Shown here piece by piece: positions 43,329 through 52,482 of a stretch of DNA of 61,790 nt (positions are counted from its first letter, which is position 1; each line of letters starts with the position of its first letter). The position numbers and the translations under genes were made by a program. Source of the stretch: Streptosporangiaceae bacterium (GTDB lineage Bacteria; Actinomycetota; Actinomycetes; Streptosporangiales; Streptosporangiaceae). The notes below the pieces were generated by a model that was not told the origin of the DNA, did not search any database, and worked only from the letters and a program-made list of their open reading frames with translations. The DNA lies in assembly GCA_049284535.1 (NCBI GenBank), contig JBAPYC010001315.1, positions 1-61,790 of the forward strand, given 5' to 3'.

Positions 43329-44192
43329 TTAGCGGTGTACGTAGTCGGGTATGTCATATGAATTACTGAAGAACCGCACCAGCTCGACGTTGACCTCATC
43401 CGCGTGCGTCCAGCACAGACCATGCGGAGCGCCGTCTATGACGACATATTCGCTACTGCTGATCTGCTCGTGCGTCGGCGACCCGCATGCCTCGATCGGC
43501 AGGATCCGGTCCGCGCTCCCGTGCATGACGAGCACTGGGATGTCGATCTTCGGCAGGTCCATCCGGAAGTCGGTGTGCCAGGTCGCGACGCAGGCGATGG
43601 TTCCCGCCGGCGAGGCGGCGACGGCGGTGTGCCAGGCATCACGGACAGCTTCCTCGCTGATCCGGCGCCCCAGGTTCTCGTCGAGGTTGTAGAAGTTCTC
43701 GTTCCATGTGGTGAAGTACGCGAGGCGATCCGCCGTGAGCCCCGCCTCGGTCTCGTCGAAGATCTCCTGGGGCACGCCGTGGGGAGTGTCCGGGGTCTGC
43801 AGCAGGTAAGGAGTAACACCGGCGACTATCGCCGCTCGCCGCACACGCTCCGATCCGTACCTGCCAAGGTAGCGGACGATCTCGCCACCGCCCATGGAGT
43901 GTCCGGCGATATCGAAGTCATACAGACCTAGGGCGTTGATGAGGCTGTTCAAGTCGGCAGCGAACGTGTCGTAGTCATAACCGCACGAGGGCTGGCTGGA
44001 CTTGCCGAATCCGCGCCGGTCGTAGGTGATCACGCGATGTCCGGCCTCGACCAGGGCGCGCTCTTGCCGCTCCCATGCCCTTCCGCTGAGCGGGAAGCCG
44101 TGGATCAGGACGACCGTACTCCCGGAGCCGTGGTCTTCGTAATAGATGTCGACGGGAGCCGAGTTCTCTTTCCCTACCGTGACGGAAGGCAT
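43329..44192 (-). CDS. Alpha/beta hydrolase, non-haem haloperoxidase/perhydrolase-like
   Basis: VDIYYEDHGSGSTVVLIHGFPLSGRAWERQ...DIAGHSMGGGE (G-x-S-x-G)...VLVMHGSADRILP. ATG 44192 with GGAGG upstream. The longer track ORF (to 44414) overlaps the LuxR gene end. Confidence 0.75.
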   Translation of the reverse strand: MPSVTVGKENSAPVDIYYEDHGSGSTVVLIHGFPLSGRAWERQERALVEAGHRVITYDRRGFGKSSQPSCGYDYDTFAADLNSLINALGLYDFDIAGHSMGGGEIVRYLGRYGSERVRRAAIVAGVTPYLLQTPDTPHGVPQEIFDETEAGLTADRLAYFTTWNENFYNLDENLGRRISEEAVRDAWHTAVAASPAGTIACVATWHTDFRMDLPKIDIPVLVMHGSADRILPIEACGSPTHEQISSSEYVVIDGAPHGLCWTHADEVNVELVRFFSNSYDIPDYVHR

Positions 44193-44374
44193 ATCCGTAA
44201 CCTCCGTAGATTCGGGGCCTGGTCCCTGCTCAGACGCCCGGCCGCTGTGACCGGCAAACTGAGCATCTCCAGCGGCGGAGGCGTTCGCATCACGCTTCGC
44301 GCGTAGGCACTGGACAGCGGTGACGCGTAGTCCGGTCAGACCTGCGGCTATGCGTGCCGGCACCTGCGAGATGA

Positions 44375-47293
44375 CTACCCGGCCCCGCTGTGGCCGATCT
44401 CGGCGTTGTTCCATGCCGAAGGGGATCCCAACCTGGTGACCGAGCTGCTGAACCTGGACATATCGCTGACTTGCCAGGCCTGGGGTTCAGGCGGATCGTG
44501 GTCGTGCTGCGGAGAGGATAACGGCAGGACGCTGCGCAGGTCCCGCCGGGAATTGATGCCCAGTTTCCGGTAGACCTTGCGCAGGTGATAGTCGACGGTA
44601 TTCGCGCTCAGGAACAGCCTCATAGCGATCTGCGCATCTGTGTCGCCCTGGCGGGCTAGGCGAGCGACCTGGTCTTCGCGCGGCGTCAGCTCTGTGGTGT
44701 GAGTGGGGGCGGTTGCCTGGGCGCGCACGCCGGTCGCCTCCAGTTCTCGGCGAGTCCGGTCGGCGAAGGCATGCGCGCCCATCTGGGAGAACATGTCAAA
44801 GGCAGTCTGCAGTTCCTGGCGGGCATCCGACCTCCGCTTCCGTCGGCGCAACCACTCGCCGTAAAGCAGATGGCTGCGGGCGAGATCTGTCCGGACCCCC
44901 GCTTCGGCAAGCAGCCGCACGGCTTGGGTGAAAAACGGCTCGGACTGCTGCCCGTCGGCGACTAGGGCACGTGACCGGGCCAGCAGACCTAGTCCCCATG
45001 CCTGTTTGCTGGCGGTCGCGCGTTCCTCAAGTCGGGCCAGGCCCGTCTGTGCCTTCGCGTTGTCGCCGACGTAAACGGCGGCCTCAACCAGACCTGGCAG
45101 GCACAGCTGGTTCGGCGGGAAGTCACGGTTAAACAGCAGCCATGACGCCGAAAGCGCCTCCTCGTACTGGCCACGGGCCGCGGCCAGTGACGCTGAGGTG
45201 AGCAGGCCCATGTTGATAGCCTGCCCCATTCCCAGATTCTCGGTCAGCTCACCGGTTAGCAGGGCTATGGCGTCCCGCGCCTCTTCATCACGTCCTTGCC
45301 AGGCAGGAAGCTCGGAGGTAAACGCCTGCCAGATTTGGGAGCCTGGCCCGCCATCTATCGCAGCACTGATCGAGAGCAGTTCGGCGCGGCTCGCCGCCGC
45401 GGCGCCGAAATCACCGGCCCATACCTGGACGATGCACAGACCGCACATCTCCATGCGCAGCATATTCAGCTCGCCCCTGGCGCGATGGCAGGCAGCCAGC
45501 TTGGTGAGGATCTCGCGCGCAGCGTCCAGATCCCACAGTTCCAGGGCCGCATAACTGCCCTGGGCCAGGAACATCGTCCCCTCCAGCATGGCGGGGTCCG
45601 CCTCGCGGATCGAGTCGACCGCGGACCGCAGCAGCGATACGGCTGGCATATAGCCGACGCCGACCCTGGTCGCCAGGGCATCGCGGAGCAGGTCTGACGG
45701 GTAGGGTGTAGCACTGCGCGGCAGGGCCAGCACCGCGCGCGCGATTTCCGCAGGCGACGTCCGTCGGGTGAGCTGGGCCGAACCCAGCGCGGCCTGAATG
45801 GCATCGGTGTAGATATCACGAGCCAGGTGGGCATCGGCTGATTCAGCAGTCCGCGCCGCAGCGAGATAGCGGGCGGCAGTGTCACCGATCCTGCCGTAGA
45901 GCAGGTCGAGGGTGGCTTGTACCCGCTGCGCTTCTGCCCTCAGCGCCGGCGTGGCGGCGATGGCAGTGACCTCCTCAATCAGGCGGGACGCCTGTTGCAT
46001 GAGCCCGGCGGGGATCGCCGCCTGCGCGGCGTTGAGCAGCCGGCGTGCCCGGTCGCCGCGATCGGGGCTCAGCTCTCCGGCGCGGGCGAGGAAGATCACC
46101 TCGGTTGCCCGGCCGCCCCGGTCACGCACGAAGCCCGCGGCGAGCTCAAGTTCGGCCGCGACGGTGCCATCCGGACCGGCCGACGCCGCGGAACGGTGCC
46201 ATGCGTATCGGTCAGGAGCCGTGCCACGGCTGGTCGCGGCAGCGAGCGCCGCATGGACCTGACGGCGCTGAGCCGTGGACGCGCCGTTGTACACCGCAGA
46301 CCGGACCAGCGGGTGACGAAACCGAAGCCATACCTGCCTGTCAAGCAGGCCGACGTCGACCGCTGGCGCGTCCGCGTCAGCGGGTACGTCGAGGGCCAGC
46401 GCCGCCCGGTGGAGCAGGGCCTCGTCCCCCGAGGCGTCGGCGGCACCGATGAGCAGGAGAATCTGCGTGGCCGCAGGCAGCAGCCGGACCCGCCGGAGGA
46501 AATGCGTCTCAAGCCGACGCCCCAAGGGGAGCGGCTGCGGGGCGAGAGCGAGCCACTCAAGCTCTGCATCGGTGAGGTCTCGCGCGAGCTCCAGCAAAGC
46601 CAGCGGGCACCCCTGCGTCTCGTCGATGATCCGCCTGGTCACCAGCGGGTCTAGGGCGCGGCCGACCCAGTGGGCCAGCAGCGCCTGGGCGTCCTCGTCG
46701 CGAAGGTGCGCCACCTCCAGGTTGTCAAGATCGTTGAGGCAACTGGTCCGATCGCCGGAATCCCGCAGCCCGACCAGGATCGCGATCCCATCGGCGTGCA
46801 GCCGCCTGGCGACGATTCCCAGGGCACTGACCGACTCCATATCCAGCCACTGAGCATCGTCTACCAGGCAGAGTAGGCCATGATCGCCTGCCTCCCCCGC
46901 GAGCAGCGTGAGCACGGCCAGGGCGAAGAGGTACTGGTCGGGGCGAGGCCCAGTGGCCAGGCCGAAGGCCACCTCCAGCGCGGTGCGCTGACTCTGCGGC
47001 AGGTTCCTCGCATTGTGCAGAAGCGGCGAGACCAGGCGGTGCAGCCCGGCAAACGCGAAATTCGACTCGGCCTCCACACCAGCGACAGAAAGCCGAGTTA
47101 GGTCCGTGGCTCTGGCGGCATAGCTGATCAGGGCGGTCTTACCCATACCCGGTTCACCGCGCAGCACCAAGGTCCGGCTCATCCGGTTCCTGGCCGCGTC
47201 AAGGACAGCGTCTATCGCGCGCCGTTCTGTCTCACGGCCGAGGAGGAGGGGGGTGTGCCCAGGGTCGGCCGGGCTGGAGCTCGGCCGGTTCAT
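44375..47293 (-). CDS. Large ATP-binding LuxR-family regulator (LAL / MalT-like: AAA, helical repeats, LuxR HTH)
   Basis: LVLRGEPGMGKTALISYA (Walker A)...long TPR-like helical region...LTPREDQVARLARQGDTDAQIAMRLFLSANTVDYHLRKVYRKLGINSRRDL. Confidence 0.85.
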   Translation of the reverse strand: MNRPSSSPADPGHTPLLLGRETERRAIDAVLDAARNRMSRTLVLRGEPGMGKTALISYAARATDLTRLSVAGVEAESNFAFAGLHRLVSPLLHNARNLPQSQRTALEVAFGLATGPRPDQYLFALAVLTLLAGEAGDHGLLCLVDDAQWLDMESVSALGIVARRLHADGIAILVGLRDSGDRTSCLNDLDNLEVAHLRDEDAQALLAHWVGRALDPLVTRRIIDETQGCPLALLELARDLTDAELEWLALAPQPLPLGRRLETHFLRRVRLLPAATQILLLIGAADASGDEALLHRAALALDVPADADAPAVDVGLLDRQVWLRFRHPLVRSAVYNGASTAQRRQVHAALAAATSRGTAPDRYAWHRSAASAGPDGTVAAELELAAGFVRDRGGRATEVIFLARAGELSPDRGDRARRLLNAAQAAIPAGLMQQASRLIEEVTAIAATPALRAEAQRVQATLDLLYGRIGDTAARYLAAARTAESADAHLARDIYTDAIQAALGSAQLTRRTSPAEIARAVLALPRSATPYPSDLLRDALATRVGVGYMPAVSLLRSAVDSIREADPAMLEGTMFLAQGSYAALELWDLDAAREILTKLAACHRARGELNMLRMEMCGLCIVQVWAGDFGAAAASRAELLSISAAIDGGPGSQIWQAFTSELPAWQGRDEEARDAIALLTGELTENLGMGQAINMGLLTSASLAAARGQYEEALSASWLLFNRDFPPNQLCLPGLVEAAVYVGDNAKAQTGLARLEERATASKQAWGLGLLARSRALVADGQQSEPFFTQAVRLLAEAGVRTDLARSHLLYGEWLRRRKRRSDARQELQTAFDMFSQMGAHAFADRTRRELEATGVRAQATAPTHTTELTPREDQVARLARQGDTDAQIAMRLFLSANTVDYHLRKVYRKLGINSRRDLRSVLPLSSPQHDHDPPEPQAWQVSDMSRFSSSVTRLGSPSAWNNAEIGHSGAG

Positions 47294-47589
47294 GATCGCG
47301 GACCCGGCGGTGCTGCTCCACGACCGCGCCGCGTACTAGGACGACGTTCCTGGGCGCGGCGCATGACAATCGCCTCGTTCTCTGCCGTGGACACGAGCCG
47401 AAGGTGTCCACACACGCTTCGAGCAACTATAGGTTCGTTGACCTCGACGGTGTGCGCGTGGGCCGTGGGCCGCTCGCGCACCCCCTCCAGTATGTCTTTG
47501 GCGGCGACTTCCGCCAGCCAGGTGGCAAGCCTCCCGGTCGGCCCGGATGGGCAGGCCGGGGCTGAAGCCGCTTCGCTGTCAGTGCTCAT
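47290..47589 (-). pseudogene. MmgE/PrpD-family N-terminal fragment (about 55 recognisable codons) read through to the LuxR start
   Basis: PTGRLATWLAEVAAKDILEGVRERPTAHAHTVEV parallels PTGQLSSWITDFTLDKAPPVVRERAMHLILDG of the intact PrpD-family gene at 37411..38874. The remainder of the 99-aa ORF is low-complexity. Its stop overlaps the LuxR ATG (ATGA). Confidence 0.4.
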
Positions 47590-47618
47590 CGAGATACCTG
47601 CCGCTTCGCGTGTGCCGT

Positions 47619-48131
47619 TCAGTGTTCGGTGGCCGGGCGCAGCCGGCCGCTAGCTTCGAGCTGGGGGAAAATGCCGCCGGCGGCGACGATTTCGCGCAGG
47701 AACCCGGGGAGCGGCACCGCCTGGGCGGTGGCGCCCGTCGTCTCGTTGACCAGCCTCCCGGCTTCGGTGTCGAGACAGACCTGGTCCCCCTCGGTGATCA
47801 GCTCACGGGCACCGGGGACGGTCAGCGCGAGCAGCCCGTAGTTGATGCAGTTGCGGTAGAACAGCGAGTTGAACTGTTCCGCTACCAAACCCGCGATGCC
47901 GAGTTCCTTGAAGAGCAGCGGGACCGGCCGGCTGGAGCCCAGGCCGAAGTTGCGCCCGCCCACCACGATGTCGCCGGGCCGGACCAGCGCGGGCCAGCCG
48001 GGACGTGACGCGCTGAACATGTGCGTGGCGGCCTCCGCCATGGGCAGCCGCATGGCGAACCCCGGGTACATGTCGTCGGTGTTGACTTCGTCGCCGAAAA
48101 CCCAGGCCCGGCCGGTGGCGGACATGCTCAC
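47619..48131 (-). CDS. Aconitase-family small subunit (LeuD/HacB-like)
   Basis: GRAWVFGDEVNTDDMYPG...VVGGRNFGLGSSRPVPLLFKELGIAGLVAEQFNSLFYRNCINYG. Confidence 0.8.
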   Translation of the reverse strand: MSMSATGRAWVFGDEVNTDDMYPGFAMRLPMAEAATHMFSASRPGWPALVRPGDIVVGGRNFGLGSSRPVPLLFKELGIAGLVAEQFNSLFYRNCINYGLLALTVPGARELITEGDQVCLDTEAGRLVNETTGATAQAVPLPGFLREIVAAGGIFPQLEASGRLRPATEH

Positions 48132-49390
48132 GCGGGAATCCCTTCAAGCTCGCGAACGTCGGCTATTGCGCCTCGGAGCGCCGACGCCGCGACCGTCGCC
48201 GGCGACGCCATGAAAATGGAAGCGTCGGGGCTCCCCATCCGGCCGCGGAAGTTGCGGGTGCTTGCGGTGATGCAGGTCTCGCCGGCCGCGACCAGCCCCA
48301 TGTGGTAGCCGAAGCAGGCTCCGCAGGTGGGGTTCGTGATGGTCGCGCCGGCCTCCGCGAGGTCAGCCAGGTAGCCGAGACGAGAAGCCTGCTGGTAGAT
48401 GCGCTGACTGGCGGGCGTCACGATCAGCCTGGTCGTGGACGCCACCTGCCGTCCCCGCAGGATTCGCGCTGCGATTTCTAGGTCCGCCAGCTGGCCGTTG
48501 GCGCACGAGCCGATGAAAGCCTGGTCGACCCTGGTCCCGGCAAGCTGCTCCACTGGTCCGGCGTTGTTGATCACCGTACCGGGCAGCGCGACCATCGGCG
48601 AGACGCGTCCGAGGTCCAGCGGACGGACGTCCGCGTACTCGGCGCCGCGATCGGCGGCCAGCGGGGACAGGTCGGCATCCGGCGCCGCGGCGCGTACGTA
48701 GTCCAGGCAGATGTCGTCGGCGGGGAACAGCGTAAAGTCGGCGCCGATCTCCGCCCCCTGGGTCGCGATTGTCCTTCGGTCCGTCATCGGCAGCTGGCCC
48801 AGGCCCGGCCCGCCGAACTCCACACACTGGCTGGTCGCGGCCCCGTATTCCGCAGCGACGTGCAGGAACACGTCCTTGCCGTTGACCCACTCGTGCGGGG
48901 CGCCAGTGAGCTCGTACCGCACGGTGGGGGGGACCTGATACCAGGTGCGGCCGGTGCAGACGATCTGCAGCACCTCGGCGGGCCCGAGCCCGCGGGCGGC
49001 TGCGCCCACCGCGCCCGCGGCGCAGGTGTGTGAGTCGGTGCAGGCCACCACCATCCCCGGCTGGACGAGGCCCTGCTCGGCGAGCACCTGGTGCACGATG
49101 CCGTGCCTTCCGACATCGAAGAATTTCGTGATGCCGTAGGCGGCAGCGAAGGCCCGCGCCTTCTTCCCCGATTCCGCGTCCCTGATGGAGGGGGCGGGTA
49201 CGGCGTGATCCATCACGATCGCGACGCGGTCGGGGTCATGGATGGCGGTGATGTCGCCAAAACGGTCGTGGCTGAACTGGATGTCGATGATGGCCGCGAG
49301 ATCGACGTCGCAAACGGCGATGTCGCCCGCCTGAAGCGGGGTGCCACCGGAGCGGTTGCGGAGGATCTTCACGATCAGTGTGTCGGCCAT
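48128..49390 (-). CDS. Aconitase-family large subunit (LeuC/HacA-like dehydratase)
   Basis: VMDHAVPAPS...VACTDSHTCAAGAVGA...IGSCANG...TCGACFG (Fe-S cluster Cys ligands). ATGA overlap with the small-subunit gene. Confidence 0.8.
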   Translation of the reverse strand: MADTLIVKILRNRSGGTPLQAGDIAVCDVDLAAIIDIQFSHDRFGDITAIHDPDRVAIVMDHAVPAPSIRDAESGKKARAFAAAYGITKFFDVGRHGIVHQVLAEQGLVQPGMVVACTDSHTCAAGAVGAAARGLGPAEVLQIVCTGRTWYQVPPTVRYELTGAPHEWVNGKDVFLHVAAEYGAATSQCVEFGGPGLGQLPMTDRRTIATQGAEIGADFTLFPADDICLDYVRAAAPDADLSPLAADRGAEYADVRPLDLGRVSPMVALPGTVINNAGPVEQLAGTRVDQAFIGSCANGQLADLEIAARILRGRQVASTTRLIVTPASQRIYQQASRLGYLADLAEAGATITNPTCGACFGYHMGLVAAGETCITASTRNFRGRMGSPDASIFMASPATVAASALRGAIADVRELEGIPA

Positions 49391-49393
49391 GGC

Positions 49394-50263
49394 CTACCTC
49401 GCCTCCGTTTCGTAGCGGCCGCGGAGGTCCTCCCAGAAGTCGAGGCCAAGAGCCGCGAACTTCTCCTGCGGGGAGTCCTGGTCGTCCGACGTGAGGTCGC
49501 CGCGGGCCGCGCGGGCCAGCGCTGCCCGCATGGCGCGCGCGGCGCTGCCGCTGTTCAGCCCCGGCATGATGACCAGCGCGTAGCGGGCCACGCGGAGCTG
49601 GTCGAGGGTGACGGGAGGCGTCTTGCCGCGGGTGACATGATTGAACAGCGCAGGTGCCCTGACCGCGCCAGGCACTGCGAGCACTTCCTCCACCGATTGC
49701 GGGGCCTCGAGGAAGACCATGTCCGCTCCCGCCTCGGCGTAGAGGTTAATGCGGCGGACCGCTTCTTCGAAGCCAAGGCAGGCCCGCGCGTCGGTCCTGG
49801 CGATGATCACCGTGTCCGGGTCACGGCGCGCCTCGATAGCCGCCTCGACTTTGCGGGCGAATTCCTCGGCCGGTACCACGCGCTTGCTGGCCAGGTGGCC
49901 GCAGCGCTTAGGGAACTCCTGGTCCTCCAGCTGAATCGCCGCCGCGCCGGCCCGCTCGTACAGCTGGACCGTCCGGTAGGCATGGGTGACATCCCCGAAC
50001 CCGGTGTCGGCGTCCGCGACCAGCGGGATGTCCAGGCAGCGGGACAGCAGTGCCACCTGGTTCACCAGCTCCGTCTGAGTCGCCAGGCCGATATCCGGCA
50101 GCCCGGTCACCGTGGCGGCGGCGGCCGCTCCGGACATGTAGGCGACACGGAATCCAGCCGCGGCGGTGAGTTTCGCCGAGACGCCGTCGAAGACGCCCGG
50201 TGCGATCGGAGCGGAGCGCTCGGCGAGAAGTCCACCCAGTTGCCGCGCGAAAGAATTGATCAA
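49394..50263 (-). CDS. Isocitrate lyase / PEP mutase superfamily protein (methylisocitrate-lyase-like)
   Basis: GVFDGVSAKLTAAAGFRVAYMSG...PLVADADTGFG...AAIQLEDQEFPKRCGHL...IIARTDA. Confidence 0.8.
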   Translation of the reverse strand: MINSFARQLGGLLAERSAPIAPGVFDGVSAKLTAAAGFRVAYMSGAAAAATVTGLPDIGLATQTELVNQVALLSRCLDIPLVADADTGFGDVTHAYRTVQLYERAGAAAIQLEDQEFPKRCGHLASKRVVPAEEFARKVEAAIEARRDPDTVIIARTDARACLGFEEAVRRINLYAEAGADMVFLEAPQSVEEVLAVPGAVRAPALFNHVTRGKTPPVTLDQLRVARYALVIMPGLNSGSAARAMRAALARAARGDLTSDDQDSPQEKFAALGLDFWEDLRGRYETEAR

Positions 50264-50338
50264 GAGAGCCTGCCTCTCGGACGAAGGACGTGCTGAGGCA
50301 CGCCGGAAGGCGTCCTCAGGGCGAAACAGCAGGAACGG

Positions 50339-51190
50339 CTAGCCGGCCCAGTGCATGGCGGAAGAAATCTGCCGCGTGCAGTCGGTAACGTCTGCTGCCA
50401 GGGCCTTCGCCCGGGCATCGGTTAGCCGGAAAGAAGGTCCCCCGACTGCTACGGACGCCACGATCTGCCCGGTAGCACCGAAGACCGGCGCTGCCAGCGA
50501 GTTCAGGCCTTCCTCGCGCTCTTGCCCGGAGAAAGCCCAGCCGCGCTCACGGACTACGGCAAGTTCCTCGGCCAGCGCTTCAGGACTCGTGATCGAGTAC
50601 TCGGTGAACCCGGTCAGCCCCTCGTTTAGCACCGCCGCGTGCGCCGCTGGGTCGAAGGCCATGAACACCTTCCCCGCCGCGCCCGCACTCAGCGGCATTA
50701 CCTGGCCGACATATCCGCGGTACACAATCGACTTCTGCGACTCCACCTGGAACACCGAGACCCTGGTGGTGCCCTGCCGCACGTAAAGGCCGCAGCTCTC
50801 GCCGGACGTGTCCCGCAGCCGGGTCAGCAGCGGGCCCGCCGTGACCAGCAGGTCAGAGCCCGCATTGGCAGCAGCGGACCATGCCGTGACCCGCAGCCCG
50901 ATGCTGTAAAGGGCACCCTCGCGCTGCAGGATGTTACGGTCGACCAAGGTCCGCAGCAGCCGGGACACGGTCGAGTTCGGCAGACCAGTACGAGCCGCGA
51001 CATCGACGGCCCGCAGCCGGGGGCTGCCGACGCTGAAGCAGTCGAGGATGCGGGTAACCCTGTCGACCACCTGCACGGAGTTCGGCTCGCCGGCCGCGGG
51101 GATCCCCTCCATCACGTCATCGTCCCACGCTCGGCCCACGGCACTGTCGCTTGAAACCACCGGCGTCGCGATCTCCGCCATAGTCATCAC
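50339..51190 (-). CDS. IclR-family transcriptional regulator
   Basis: VQVVDRVTRILDCFSVGSPRLRAVDVAARTGLPNSTVSRLLRTLVDRNIL (wHTH) plus an IclR effector-domain pattern. Confidence 0.85.
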   Translation of the reverse strand: MMTMAEIATPVVSSDSAVGRAWDDDVMEGIPAAGEPNSVQVVDRVTRILDCFSVGSPRLRAVDVAARTGLPNSTVSRLLRTLVDRNILQREGALYSIGLRVTAWSAAANAGSDLLVTAGPLLTRLRDTSGESCGLYVRQGTTRVSVFQVESQKSIVYRGYVGQVMPLSAGAAGKVFMAFDPAAHAAVLNEGLTGFTEYSITSPEALAEELAVVRERGWAFSGQEREEGLNSLAAPVFGATGQIVASVAVGGPSFRLTDARAKALAADVTDCTRQISSAMHWAG

Positions 51191-51250
51191 TCCCCCTCAC
51201 GGACGAACGCGGGGCTCCGCCATGCCGCGCTGAGATCAGCCCGTTCGACC

Positions 51251-51381
51251 GTCAGAACTCCCACTGAATGGGCATGACACCCACCTGATGGTTATTACTT
51301 TGAACCCTTCGAGGCCTCTTGTCAATCGTCAGAAACCCACTGAATGGGCATGACACCCACTTAGTGGTTGTCACTTTGTCC
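51251..51381. repeat. Two imperfect direct repeats of about 55 nt
   Basis: gtcagaactcccactgaatgggcatgacacccacctgatggttattactttgaac (51251..51305) and gtcagaaacccactgaatgggcatgacacccacttagtggttgtcactttgtcc (51328..51381). Located between the IclR start and a transposase fragment. Confidence 0.8.
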
Positions 51382-51384
51382 CCC

Positions 51385-51545
51385 GGGATCCGCTAGAGGA
51401 GGCGACGGGCGGGGATGAGGTGTTCCGCGACATGGTGCTGGCGCGGATCATCGAGCCCACCAGCAAGCTAGACAGCACCCGCGGCCTGGAGGAGGCCGGC
51501 GTGGTGCCGGCCTCGTATCCCACGGCCCGTCGGCGCCTGCGCGCG
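51385..51545 (+). pseudogene. IS1634/IS4-like transposase internal fragment
   Basis: PLEEATGGDEVFRDMVLARIIEPTSKLDSTRGLEEAGVVPASYPTARRRLRAYA matches the F-R-D-[LM]-V-L-A-R-I-I-E-P-T-S-K-x-D-S motif. It has no start and no DDE region. Confidence 0.55.
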
Positions 51546-51555
51546 TATGCTGGGG

Positions 51556-51715
51556 TGGCGGCGCGCGGGCGGGCGTCGGCGGCTAGCTTGCGGGCCTGGG
51601 TCTCGGTGATCCACTGGCCGCCCACGGCGGGGTCCGCTCCGGAGTCGAGCGCCGCGCGGTACCGGGCTAGTTTCTGGTCGCAGTTGCCGATCTCCTCGGG
51701 AGGGTGATCGACGCA
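51556..51715 (-). pseudogene. Large serine recombinase, C-terminal coiled-coil fragment
   Basis: My reverse translation gives PPEEIGNCDQKLARYRAALDSGADPAVGGQWITETQARKLAADARP. It matches the C-D-x-[KR]-L-x-R-Y-R-A-A-L-[DE]-x-G-A-D-P motif near the C-terminus of actinomycete serine recombinases. Confidence 0.55.
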
Positions 51716-51950
51716 CGGTCGTCGCGGTTAGTAAGGCCTGCTCAGCCAGAAGATGGTGAGGAGGGAAGTGCCGGTGGTGGCCTGTCCAAATCAGCGAACC
51801 AGCCGGGCCGACCACCACCCAGGTCTCCCTGTACGCCCGAACGAGAGCGTAAGCGTGCTCATAGGACGCGACCGCCGCCGGCACCGCGCCCGCGGTAGAC
51901 CACTGATGATTTGATCTACCCCAGTCATCGCGCACCGCCAGCAGGAATGG

Positions 51951-52035
51951 CAAACTCCGTGGCCAGAGCGATGTTGATCATGTAGGTAAGGTGCGTGTCG
52001 CCCCTCGGACACGAATACAAGTCCTTGAGCTGCGA
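51951..52035 (+). repeat. Extended junction repeat containing tRNA-end core, copy R3
   Basis: caaactccgtggccagagcgatgttgatcatgtaggtaaggtgcgtgtcgcccctcggacac... About 87% identical over 62 nt to 56125..56186. Confidence 0.8.
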
Positions 52036-52085
52036 TTATTTTCATCCGATATTGCTATGCCAGCAAAACCGCAGCTCACGACCGT

Positions 52086-52110
52086 GAGGGTTTAACTCCC
52101 TCTCTGACAC
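52086..52110 (+). repeat. tRNA-like T-arm plus 3'-end remnant, copy R4
   Basis: gagggtttaactccctctctgacac has a perfect GAGGG/CCCTC stem, a 7-nt loop, and then CTCTGACAC. Confidence 0.6.
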
Positions 52111-52388
52111 ACTCCTACGTACATGCTTGCGTCATCACCCTCGCCGGACCTGAGCGAACCCGGGCGGCTACAGGGATGCAGGGATTCACGGCATACTGTG
52201 GAGCGGGATAGCCTCCACCTCTACAGGGACGGCCGTCGGCGTTCACGGTCAGCTCAAGCTTGACGGCCACGGACCCGACGTGGATGACCCAAGTGGCGGC
52301 GATGCTATAGGTAGCCAGAGGTCGCCATCGAACTCGCATTGACCGGGCTCAGGCCAAGAGCCCAGTAAGCGCGCCGCCGCTAGCCGCT

Positions 52389-52454
52389 GCGGATATCCGC
52401 GCTCGCGGATATATATCACGCAGGACTGCTACGCTGACTGCAAGCCGCGGATAT
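52389..52454. promoter_or_regulatory. Candidate operator: GCGGATAT motif three times, the first within a perfect 12-bp palindrome
   Basis: gcggatatccgc (52389..52400), gcggatat (52405..52412) and gcggatat (52447..52454). They lie 30-95 nt upstream of the GTG start at 52483. Confidence 0.35.
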
Positions 52455-52482
52455 CTTCACGGATAAGCTAGCTGGAGGCGTC

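Noticed and set aside
41978-43369. 463-aa + strand ORF
   Set aside because: It is antisense to the DUF4331 gene and paralog B.
49091-50296. 401-aa + strand ORF
   Set aside because: It is antisense to the LeuC-like and PEP-mutase-family genes.
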